Source: Candidatus Heimdallarchaeota archaeon B3_Heim (GTDB lineage Archaea; Asgardarchaeota; Heimdallarchaeia; Hodarchaeales; Hodarchaeaceae). Taken from it: a stretch of 16,261 nt of DNA. Numbering within the stretch: the first letter of the stretch is position 1; each line of letters starts with the position of its first letter. Below the pieces are notes generated by a model that saw only the letters and a list, made by a program, of their open reading frames with translations, was not told the origin of the DNA and did no database searches. Where the stretch lies: NCBI GenBank assembly GCA_003144275.1, contig NJBF01000055.1, forward strand, positions 1 to 16,261, read 5' to 3'. The position numbers and the translations under genes were made by a program. Below, in pieces: positions 1-7,664 of this stretch.

Positions 1-110
1 TGGAACCGTGGCCTAACTCTTACTTGATAGCGGAAAGGTTATTTTAAAGGTCAGGTGATAAAAATGTGATGAACTAATCCATTAGACTTAAAAATGCCAG
101 TGAATTGAAG

Positions 111-128
111 TTACTCATCGATCGAGAT
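111..128. repeat. Candidate IS terminal inverted repeat (right end of a putative IS at the window start)
   Basis: TTACTCATCGATCGAGAT matches the reverse complement of 15887-15904 (TTACTCATCATTCGAGAT) at 16/18. The partner lies 68 bp upstream of a transposase-like ORF. The match alone could be chance; its position is what supports it. Confidence 0.45.
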
Positions 129-274
129 TCTAGTATTTATTATTTTACTAAACAAACTGACCTTTAGCTAAATGTGTTTTTGAGGATTTTATTGATTTAA
201 TCTAAACATATTATCTACCAAAATCCTTTTCAATAAATCAATATTCTATGAAATTATTGTAGGAGAGGTCTTCG

Positions 275-637
275 ATGTTTTCTTCTTTAACCCAAGTTTA
301 TTCAAACCAACTAAAAATATGGATTAATGGAATTAATACAGAGATTGAGATATTAAATCAAACAGCAAATCCAATAGAATTTCAAAATTCGTTTTTCAAA
401 TTTATTTTCCATATTATTTATTTTGATTCTTTATTGAAAGATATTGAAGATGAAATCAGGGCATTTGTCAGCCTCACCCTCAAATTTTGTAAAGACCTTG
501 GTCTTCCTCAACCTCAAAATTTTATTTCAGATAATAAAATCCCAATTCTTTCTCTATTTGACGAAGTAGAGAAAGATGGTAGAGGTAGCTATGATACAGG
601 TAGACAGGCTAAAAGAGAAATTAAAAGGAGCTCATAA
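275..637 (+). CDS. Hypothetical protein, 120 aa; probably the N-terminal part of the HEPN gene below
   Basis: ORF with AGGAGAGG RBS-like motif just upstream of the ATG. Its TAA (635-637) is in frame with the next ORF, 9 nt away. Confidence 0.6.
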   Translation: MFSSLTQVYSNQLKIWINGINTEIEILNQTANPIEFQNSFFKFIFHIIYFDSLLKDIEDEIRAFVSLTLKFCKDLGLPQPQNFISDNKIPILSLFDEVEKDGRGSYDTGRQAKREIKRSS

Positions 638-646
638 TTCTTTTCT

Positions 647-1687
647 ATGATTCCCTTTTCATCAGAGGCCTATGAATTATTCAATAATGAGATAGAGAAC
701 ATAGAAAAATATGTAACAAAGTACTCAAATTTAGTTTTTGCTTATCAACAACAAATTCTCGATTTTCAAAAGAAAGCAATAATAGAAATTGAATCATTAC
801 TCCCACAGGTTCCACCACCTACTCCTCAGCATCTTTATCCGTTATTACAAAATTTAGTTGTCAGTAGCAAGATGTTTGGCAAAATTGGCGGAAAGGGAAC
901 AGATGTTCCACAACTAGGTAGATTACAGAGTGAAACCTTTAAACCATTCTTATCTACCATAATGAGATTCTTCAATGGCCAAGATAAACTGTATACTCAT
1001 GATAAGTTGTTACAGAATGCTAATATTCTGTCTGCTCAGGAAAAACCTGAACTTGAAGATATTAGGAAAGAACGAAGTGAAAATAATCAAAGAGGATCTG
1101 AGCTCAAAGATAGGCTGAAAAAATACGCACAGACAGCAACTCTAGAACCTAAAGTCCTGGAAACATTAACAAAAATGGACCCTGAATTTCCAGTCTTTTT
1201 ACCAAGACTAGCAGAGTTAATAGAAGAGGAAAAGGAACTAACCGAGTCTGCTCTTAAGTTTGTCCTTCAAAGATCACCTGATATAGGTAAATATGATTCT
1301 ATGTCCCAAGTTTTAAAATTTTCAAAACCTGAAGAAGCACATTCGATGATTGACAATCTTTTACAGAGTTACCAAGATCGTACATTTGAAGAATTGATTG
1401 TTTTACTAGAAAAAAATGATAAAATTACCCAACACGAGAGAACTTCTTTAGTAACTTTCATTTATAATCAACTTGAAGCAAAACTTCATGAGAAGATAAA
1501 AGCAGAAGAAAAGCTTGACTTACTTAAAGCAATTGATGTAGCCAATGAACAAGGAGTTCTAAATGATGAAGAAAAAGCCCTTCTCCAAAAATTTCGAAAA
1601 TGTCGCAATGAATTAGTTCATGACAATGGAGCCGCTTTATCTTCAGATCTAATCTTAAGTACCAATAATGTGTTAAAACGACTTTAA
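647..1687 (+). CDS. Helical protein with C-terminal HEPN domain (putative RNase/toxin)
   Basis: C-terminal segment ...QLEAKL...LLKAIDVANEQGVLNDEEKALLQKFRKCRNELVHD has the HEPN RxxxxH motif (RNELVH, nt 1604-1621) in typical helical context. No obvious RBS before ATG 647. Confidence 0.7.
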   Translation: MIPFSSEAYELFNNEIENIEKYVTKYSNLVFAYQQQILDFQKKAIIEIESLLPQVPPPTPQHLYPLLQNLVVSSKMFGKIGGKGTDVPQLGRLQSETFKPFLSTIMRFFNGQDKLYTHDKLLQNANILSAQEKPELEDIRKERSENNQRGSELKDRLKKYAQTATLEPKVLETLTKMDPEFPVFLPRLAELIEEEKELTESALKFVLQRSPDIGKYDSMSQVLKFSKPEEAHSMIDNLLQSYQDRTFEELIVLLEKNDKITQHERTSLVTFIYNQLEAKLHEKIKAEEKLDLLKAIDVANEQGVLNDEEKALLQKFRKCRNELVHDNGAALSSDLILSTNNVLKRL

Positions 1688-1727
1688 TCAAAGTATATTC
1701 TAATCAAAACAGAAAGAGGGTTGAAAT

Positions 1728-1913
1728 TTGAGTGACCAAAAGGAACAAAGTGAAACAAAAAATATTCACCTTTTCTTTACTGAATCTGAATTTAAGGAAT
1801 TAGTTCAGAATGGGTTGATACAATTAGAAATAACGCTTAAAGATGAGAAATTAGAAACGTGGATAGAATCGATTATTCAAAATACACTTGCAGAAGAAAC
1901 CGCTCCTGCATAG
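1728..1913 (+). CDS. Small acidic hypothetical protein, 61 aa
   Basis: TTG start preceded by AAAGAGGG; 13 D/E versus 5 K/R residues. Confidence 0.5.
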   Translation: MSDQKEQSETKNIHLFFTESEFKELVQNGLIQLEITLKDEKLETWIESIIQNTLAEETAPA

Positions 1914-2007
1914 GGGATTTGGTTCAGCATATAGTAGGAGAAATTTTAATAAAATGTACAGGGTAAATCCCTTATGGGATGAAGAGTTATTATATAAAAA
2001 TCGGGCT

Positions 2008-2048
2008 TAACCAGCGAGCAGTTCCGAAAAAAAGTTGATATAGGAATA
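2008..2048 (+). repeat. Intergenic site S1 (core plus right arm)
   Basis: TAACCA-gcgagc-AGTTCCGAAAAAAAGTTGATaTAGGAATA. Positions 2020-2048 are 28/29 identical to 4991-5019. Confidence 0.9.
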
Positions 2049-2224
2049 GATATTCATATCAATTAGAGAATAATCGAGTGGTTTTACTATCTCTGTTGAT
2101 TATTAGTTTCCTAGCTCTCCTTAACTATAATAGAAATCTTCCTGAAAAACTGAAGAAGTTCCAAGAAGCGACCAAAGAAACATTTAATAAAGAAAATTTT
2201 CCCCTAGTTCATTCAGGTGTTGAC

Positions 2225-2743
2225 ATGGATATCTCTTCTTCAAAATTAGAATCCTATCCGATGAAGATAGTTTGTATATCCGCATCATTGACTATCATAA
2301 GCTATTTAGCTGGTGCCTCTATATTATACTTCTTTCATCCCTTATTAAGTGTATTTTATCTAATACTTGCAGCACTAACTCTTGTAGTAAGTATGAAACT
2401 TCGTTGTACCCATTGTTACTACTTTGGGAAATATTGTAATTTCGGTTTGGGGAAACTTGCTCAGAATTTCTTCAGTAAAGGAGAGCCAAGAGAATTTCGT
2501 AATCCTAAGAAGGTAGGTATTACCGCAATTTTAAGTTTTGGGACAATGCTAATTCCAGTGTTTATTGGGTTATTGATACTAGTAACAGATATGAATTTAT
2601 CTAATCTAGGGCTTCTCTTTGGTTATATACTAATTGGTATTACTCCTAATTTTCTTGTACGAGGTAAATTTTGTGATGAATGTATGCAAGGGCAACTTGG
2701 ATGTCCTAGTTATGAACGAATGATAAAATCCAGAGACACATAG
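2225..2743 (+). CDS. Multi-pass membrane protein with Cys clusters (CTHCYYFGKYC; CDECMQGQLGCP)
   Basis: About 4 hydrophobic segments and two Cys clusters. The ORF track starts at GTG 2078, but ATG 2225 has a CAGGTG archaeal-type RBS and is the more likely start. Confidence 0.75.
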   Translation: MDISSSKLESYPMKIVCISASLTIISYLAGASILYFFHPLLSVFYLILAALTLVVSMKLRCTHCYYFGKYCNFGLGKLAQNFFSKGEPREFRNPKKVGITAILSFGTMLIPVFIGLLILVTDMNLSNLGLLFGYILIGITPNFLVRGKFCDECMQGQLGCPSYERMIKSRDT

Positions 2744-2744
2744 C

Positions 2745-2782
2745 AGATGTGCAATAATCAACGAAAAATTCTGAAAAGAACT
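2745..2782 (+). repeat. Intergenic site S2 (left arm, core, degenerate right arm)
   Basis: AGATGTGCAA-TAATCA-acgaaa-AATTCTGAAAAGAACT. Positions 2745-2764 are 19/20 identical to 3452-3471, and 2767-2782 match the S1/S4 right arm at 12/16 in register. Confidence 0.8.
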
Positions 2783-2865
2783 AATTTATTATTAACAATT
2801 TCAAAACAAATAATTCAGAGATAAATTTTCCAGAAGAGTTCAAATAACTGCTGGTTGTGTTACCA

Positions 2866-3330
2866 ATGAAATCTCTATTAGTCTTATTTTCATACCATCA
2901 CAAGAACACTGAGAAAATCGCTAAGGTCTTCGCAAAAATTCTTGATGCACAAATAAAAGCACCAAAACAAATAAATCCTGATGAGCTTCAAGAATATGAT
3001 CTAGTAGGCTTCGGTTCAGGAATATATAGCGATAAACACCATAAATCTCTGCTTAATCTTGCTGATAAAATACCACAAGTCACTAATAGGAAAGCATTCA
3101 TTTTCTCCACTAGTGCTATGATGGGAGAAGATAAAGTCGCTAAAGATCACTCGATGCTTAGGGAAAAACTACGATTTAAAGGTTACAGGATTGTAGATGA
3201 ATTTGCCTGTAAAGGTTTTAACACCAATAGTTTCCTGAAATATTTTGGAGGAATGAATAAAGGCAGACCTAATGCTGATGACCTTATACATGCGGAAGAG
3301 TTTGCTCAGAGCCTGAAGCAGAACTTATAA
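2866..3330 (+). CDS. Flavodoxin family protein
   Basis: N-terminal FMN-binding loop SYHHKNTEKIA, DLVGFGSGIY, AFIFSTS and C-terminal GRPNADDLIHAEEFA are typical of short archaeal flavodoxin-like proteins. ATG 2866 preferred over GTG 2857. Confidence 0.88.
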   Translation: MKSLLVLFSYHHKNTEKIAKVFAKILDAQIKAPKQINPDELQEYDLVGFGSGIYSDKHHKSLLNLADKIPQVTNRKAFIFSTSAMMGEDKVAKDHSMLREKLRFKGYRIVDEFACKGFNTNSFLKYFGGMNKGRPNADDLIHAEEFAQSLKQNL

Positions 3331-3451
3331 ACGAAAATGTGAACAAAACAATGAGGATTAATTATAAGAGCGATTATATAACAGACGTGGAAAAAGCATT
3401 CGCCTCATATGCACTAGATCTTTTTTTCAGGAAAAATTTGAAAAAAATTAT

Positions 3452-3471
3452 AGATGTGCAATAACCAACGA
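3452..3471 (+). repeat. Intergenic site S3 (left arm plus core only)
   Basis: AGATGTGCAA-TAACCA-acga; 19/20 to S2. It shares TGCAATAACCAA exactly with S4, and similarity to the right arm stops after the core. Confidence 0.8.
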
Positions 3472-3511
3472 TATATGATTTCTCTTTCTGGGTATTAACA
3501 TAAAATGAAAT

Positions 3512-3544
3512 AAAAAAAATGAGCATCTTCCTAAAAAAGATGCT
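3512..3544 (-). terminator. Hairpin plus oligo-T, putative terminator of the clostripain gene
   Basis: Perfect 8-bp stem AGCATCTT/AAGATGCT (3522-3529/3537-3544) with a 7-nt loop, followed on the minus strand by T8, about 10 nt after the clostripain stop. Confidence 0.5.
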
Positions 3545-3554
3545 ATTAAATAGT

Positions 3555-4760
3555 TTAAATACCCCAGTATGTCTGAAGAAATTCCCACCAACCTTCGTGC
3601 GGGAATTGCACTTTAAGATATTCCTCACCATGCCAATATACATTATTCTGGAAGGATCCATAGGAGTTAGGGAAGAAAATACCTAAACCTTCCGCAGATT
3701 CCATGGGTTCGGTAGTCTTAACATAGACTGCAGCTGTGAGAGTTTCATATAGAGCTAATGCCTCTGGGATACCCAAACTCTTCACAAAAGTAGGGAGGTC
3801 GATGTATGCTTCCCAACCATACTGAGACCATCCTAGATTTCCTAGTCCACGGGCTTCTGCAATCAATTCGTGATTGATGTCTAAATCTTCATCATCTTCC
3901 TCAAGCATGGTTATTAGTGCATCTGTCAGATCGCTAAGTTGATGGACAATAGGATCGATGTATGTTAAATCAATGGAAGCTAATTCAACTAGTCGTGATG
4001 CAGGTCTTAATGTCTCATAGTAAGCGATGTAGTCATCGACAATTACTTTTGAAAAGTCAAAACCGTTCATCTCGGGATTAGCTGCGAGATCAGCTAAAAT
4101 GGTGTCATATGGATATCCCCAGCTCGGGACGTACCCTTCCGTCGCGACAACGTAGTCAATTTGCGGGCCTCTTGGATCCCAAACGTATTCATATACCACT
4201 TCGATCATTCCTTCAACACACGCATCGAAAGCGAGGATGTCTAACTGTATCCCGGAAAGGGCGTGAGTAATTTCTTGGTGGGTTAGATGATCCTCGGGGT
4301 GGTCATCCCAACAGCAACCTCTAAAATCATCTCCATGATCCCAAAGCACAAGGACATAATGATTTGCTTTGTAGTGTTTCATCGTGTATTTCACGAATGT
4401 TTCGAGAGTTTTAGGATCCCCCATATTTACTTCCGTACCTGTTAACGGAAATCCTTGGACAATCTCGGGGCTATCCTTTGTAATTTTGTAAAGGTTGGCT
4501 ACATCATCGTATTTGTCCCAAAGAGTGATAATGTTTACATCTTGAGAGGAACCTACTGTACTCATTGCTTCCACATTTTGGTATCCAAAGTAATCTAAAT
4601 TATTATCTGCATCGAGATAGACCATGAAAGTCCATTCAGCCTTCGCTTGTTTTGGGTTAGCCCAAGTTACTGATACTGACATTGTGAGTAGAAGAATAGC
4701 AAACACTAATGCGAGTTTAATTCGGTATTTATCGTGAATCCTTTTATTAAGTCTTATCAT
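3555..4760 (-). CDS. Clostripain-family (peptidase C11) secreted or membrane-anchored cysteine protease
   Basis: WTFMVYLDADNNL N-terminal motif, catalytic His in LVLWDHG and catalytic Cys in FDAC, plus a signal peptide (LALVFAILLLTMSVSVTWA). Start moved from TTG 4958 to ATG 4760 (MIRLNK...), which precedes the signal peptide. Confidence 0.9.
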   Translation of the reverse strand: MIRLNKRIHDKYRIKLALVFAILLLTMSVSVTWANPKQAKAEWTFMVYLDADNNLDYFGYQNVEAMSTVGSSQDVNIITLWDKYDDVANLYKITKDSPEIVQGFPLTGTEVNMGDPKTLETFVKYTMKHYKANHYVLVLWDHGDDFRGCCWDDHPEDHLTHQEITHALSGIQLDILAFDACVEGMIEVVYEYVWDPRGPQIDYVVATEGYVPSWGYPYDTILADLAANPEMNGFDFSKVIVDDYIAYYETLRPASRLVELASIDLTYIDPIVHQLSDLTDALITMLEEDDEDLDINHELIAEARGLGNLGWSQYGWEAYIDLPTFVKSLGIPEALALYETLTAAVYVKTTEPMESAEGLGIFFPNSYGSFQNNVYWHGEEYLKVQFPHEGWWEFLQTYWGI

Positions 4761-4973
4761 TTTTCTTCTGGACCTCTTATATCGGATAAATTCGAAAGTA
4801 AATTTATCATTGGAGTTTAGAGTATATAATTTTTTGCTATGGCAATTTGTGCTAATTTCATCCTGGATTGGATTTTCCTCATCCATAAGAGAATAGATGA
4901 ATTTAAAATAAATATTCATTGCAAAGAAGGGTATCCATCTTATTATGATAGAATTCAAGGAAAGAGAGGATTA

Positions 4974-5019
4974 TGCAATAACCAATGCATAGTTCCGAAA
5001 AAAAGTTGATTTAGGAATA
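4974..5019 (+). repeat. Intergenic site S4 (left arm, core and full right arm)
   Basis: TGCAA-TAACCA-atgcat-AGTTCCGAAAAAAAGTTGATtTAGGAATA. It shares its left part with S2/S3 and its right part with S1. Confidence 0.9.
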
Positions 5020-5151
5020 ATTATGACCTCATTTCCTATACTCTAAAATCGATTCTTTTTGATTCAATATCCTAATTGGTCTAGTGAATTTCCGTAAATT
5101 TTAAAAAAATCTTATACATCATTAATAAGAGTGTAAAATCAGGGATATAAC

Positions 5152-5334
5152 ATGCAAACCATTAACAATCAGATGAAACACCGTTTCTTGATAATTTCAC
5201 CCATCTTGTTACTTTTTAGTACTGCTATAATGTTTCTCGTACTAATAAACTTATTCAATGATGAGGTAGGATACTTAATTGGATTTTTATTTCATTATGT
5301 GGTGAAGATTCGAATCATGAAAATTTATTTCTAA
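5152..5334 (+). CDS. Possible small membrane protein, 60 aa
   Basis: ATG ORF with a long hydrophobic stretch; no recognisable family. Could be spurious in AT-rich DNA. Confidence 0.3.
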   Translation: MQTINNQMKHRFLIISPILLLFSTAIMFLVLINLFNDEVGYLIGFLFHYVVKIRIMKIYF

Positions 5335-5417
5335 TAGACCAAAAAACACAATGTAACCAGAAATTATCAGGTAAGACTTCTCATTTTATTGGAATTATCG
5401 TTACGGGAAAGATAAAT

Positions 5418-5867
5418 ATGGCTGAAATTAAAGAAATCATTGATTTTGCAATTAAAAAAGAAATTGAAGCATATGATCTATATTCTGGCATTGCTAAAAC
5501 CTCAAACAATCCAGCTGTTCAAAAACTCCTCCAAGAAATCGCGAACGATGAACTTGGCCATAAAGAGGCTCTTGAAAACCTTTCAAGGGCAGAGGAAATT
5601 TTAAATTTCGATATAGACCAGGTTCAAGATCTTAAATTATCAGATCATCTTCAAACGACTTCTATTGATGAGGATTCCGACCTTCAAGAAATTCTTGTGT
5701 TTGCCATGAAAGAGGAAAAAGGTGCTTACGAATTATATACTAAGATGACAAAGGCAGCACAAACGAAGGAAAATGCAACGATCTTCCAAAAACTTGCTCA
5801 AATGGAACTCATCCATAAGAACAAACTAGAATCTCTTTATGATGACATGTTTTACACAGACAATTAA
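5418..5867 (+). CDS. Rubrerythrin-like ferritin-fold di-iron protein (no rubredoxin domain)
   Basis: Duplicated helix pairs FAIKKEIEAYDLY...DELGH and FAMKEEKGAYELY...MELIH carrying ExxH iron ligands. Confidence 0.9.
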   Translation: MAEIKEIIDFAIKKEIEAYDLYSGIAKTSNNPAVQKLLQEIANDELGHKEALENLSRAEEILNFDIDQVQDLKLSDHLQTTSIDEDSDLQEILVFAMKEEKGAYELYTKMTKAAQTKENATIFQKLAQMELIHKNKLESLYDDMFYTDN

Positions 5868-5895
5868 ATCATTAAATCTACTATTATTTATTATC

Positions 5896-6501
5896 CTAAT
5901 CTTCCAGAAAGCGCTTAAAACTTTCTATAGACAGAAAGTCATCCCAATAATTTACTAAAAGTTCTACTGATCCAAATGGTTTCAAGAATGTATTTTTGGG
6001 GATTTCTCTTTCATCTTGGGTAATTAACTTGGCACCTGCATTGAGGAGTGAAGATAATGTACCTCCCTGAATTAGTGGAGGTGGAAGAAATACTAGAGCT
6101 GGTACTTCCATATTTGGTGTTGGATTAGATCTTATGCTTCCTAAATATATGCCACTCGACATTTTGAGTGTTTCAGAATCGTAGATCAAAATCGGGCATA
6201 TTTCATCATCTAATTCATGATAGGAAATACCAGGGACTTCTAATGAACACTTCATTGTCCTATTGGAGGATAGAAGGTCAATTTCACACCCTATCTCCTC
6301 CAAAACTTCTCTTTTCGTTGCTTCAAGAATAGTCTCGCTATTTTCGACATGACCTCCTGTATTGGTATAGGTAATTACCCAGTGGGTATCAGTCTTTTTC
6401 CAGTACTTTTCATTTCCTAAAGCAAACAGGAAAGAACCATTCCAGCGAATGAATACTCCATTTCCCTGACTTGCATACAATAATAGATCTTCAGTAAACA
6501 A
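5896..6501 (-). CDS. Nudix hydrolase
   Basis: Nudix box GGHVENSETILEATKREVLEEIG; TTG start preceded by AAGTGATGA. Confidence 0.88.
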   Translation of the reverse strand: MFTEDLLLYASQGNGVFIRWNGSFLFALGNEKYWKKTDTHWVITYTNTGGHVENSETILEATKREVLEEIGCEIDLLSSNRTMKCSLEVPGISYHELDDEICPILIYDSETLKMSSGIYLGSIRSNPTPNMEVPALVFLPPPLIQGGTLSSLLNAGAKLITQDEREIPKNTFLKPFGSVELLVNYWDDFLSIESFKRFLED

Positions 6502-6679
6502 TTATCATCACTTTTTTGTGTTAATTTCTCAACATTTGCCCATATAAGATAGCATCTATGCAAGTAAGTATTATGGTTGATGGTCTTTATATTTCGGTAG
6601 CTTCGGAAAATTATCATTTCATCTTCGGATCGCTAATATAAATTATATAGTCAATTAATTACAGAAGATTCAACTGCAA

Positions 6680-7585
6680 ATGATGAACATACATTCACGA
6701 CCCTACAACAAAAACGTTGATTTTACTCGTATTATGAGGTTTCTAGGAGATCTCTTCGAGACAACTAAATCCTATGAAAATTGGTTTCCCGATCGATTTG
6801 AGAACAGTAGTGATACACGTGAAGACGGAATAAGAATATGGGAGGTAGTAAATGATTCTCTTACTCCTCCTAGTGAAGAAATAATAGCATTAACTACTCG
6901 TGATTCCCCTAAAGATTATTTTCTTCAGGTGAATCCAAACTATCGGAATATAGAACGAGATATGATCATATGGATAGAACAACATTTCAGAGAGAAAGAA
7001 TCAGACGATGTACAGAAGGTCAATATCAATATTTTAGAGGGAAATGAGGAGCGGGAGAGATTATTAGCTGAACTAGGATATAAAAACGACTCAATATATG
7101 GATATTATAGAATACGTCCAGGTGATACTCCAATCCCCAGCTTTAACTGTCCTGAAAACTTCAAAATTAGAACCCTCAAGCGGTCTGATTATGAGCAACT
7201 TGCTTTGCTGATTAGAAGGGTCTTTGGACATGGAGAATTTTTTACAGCTGATGTCTTAGAATGGCTCGCTAGCTGTTCTTTTTATAATAGAGAATTGGAT
7301 CTTGTTATTGTGAATCCAGAGGGTATAATAGCCTCTTTTTGTACCTTCAGGATAGATCCTCATAGTAGAATTATTAGCTTAGAACCAACGGGAACCAACC
7401 CTGATTTCAGAAAACTTGGATTAGGGAAAGCTTTAATAACAGAAGGAATAAAACGTTCCATGAAATATAGCCCCCCCTTTTTCTATATTGATGGTGCTGC
7501 GAATACCCCAGCTGCTAATCGACTATATGACGTAACTGGATTCACAGAGAAGTATGTAATTACATCATGGGTAAAAAGAATATAA
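6680..7585 (+). CDS. GNAT family N-acetyltransferase
   Basis: C-terminal acetyl-CoA motif EPTGTNPDFRKLGLGKALI and NTPAANRLYDVTGF. Confidence 0.88.
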   Translation: MMNIHSRPYNKNVDFTRIMRFLGDLFETTKSYENWFPDRFENSSDTREDGIRIWEVVNDSLTPPSEEIIALTTRDSPKDYFLQVNPNYRNIERDMIIWIEQHFREKESDDVQKVNINILEGNEERERLLAELGYKNDSIYGYYRIRPGDTPIPSFNCPENFKIRTLKRSDYEQLALLIRRVFGHGEFFTADVLEWLASCSFYNRELDLVIVNPEGIIASFCTFRIDPHSRIISLEPTGTNPDFRKLGLGKALITEGIKRSMKYSPPFFYIDGAANTPAANRLYDVTGFTEKYVITSWVKRI

Positions 7586-7664
7586 CCATTTTTCAAAGAA
7601 AATCACGTTAATTCGTAATATTCTCAGTTCTAGGGTTAAATGGGTAATTTTTTCTAGTTAAATA

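Noticed and set aside
1-47. Possible 3' end of a transposase CDS (WNRGLTLT* or EPWPNSYLIAERLF*)
   Set aside because: Too short to assign a frame or family.
635-637. Genetic-code reassignment or programmed readthrough of the in-frame stop
   Set aside because: The codon is TAA, which also terminates many other genes here, and it is not a Sec (TGA) or Pyl (TAG) codon.
1911-1919. TAGGGGATT at two stop codons (1911 and 11741)
   Set aside because: Only 9 bp with no flanking similarity; expected by chance.
3328-3350. TAAACGAAAATGTGAACAAAAC after the flavodoxin stop, vaguely like S2
   Set aside because: Needs gaps to align and is mostly A-rich matches; not distinguishable from chance.
3374-3661. 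95-aa minus-strand ORF from the track
   Set aside because: Overlaps the clostripain 3' end in another frame, runs through the terminator and site S3, and has low-complexity AT-derived composition.
4839-5009. 56-codon plus-strand frame (MAICANF...GLCNNQCIVPKKS) running through site S4
   Set aside because: No RBS or recognisable motif. The CNNQ peptide recurs at S2/S3 only because the DNA motif does.
2008-5019. S1-S4 as a CRISPR array, canonical integron attC sites or dif sites
   Set aside because: Spacing is 700-1500 bp with whole genes between. I found no extended palindromes of attC length and no symmetric 11-6-11 arms.
5354-5359. Additional TAACCA cores at about 5354 and 7583
   Set aside because: Neither has a left or right arm match, so they are not counted as array sites.
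6417-6617. 66-aa minus-strand ORF
   Set aside because: Overlaps the Nudix start in another frame and covers the divergent promoter region; no motifs.
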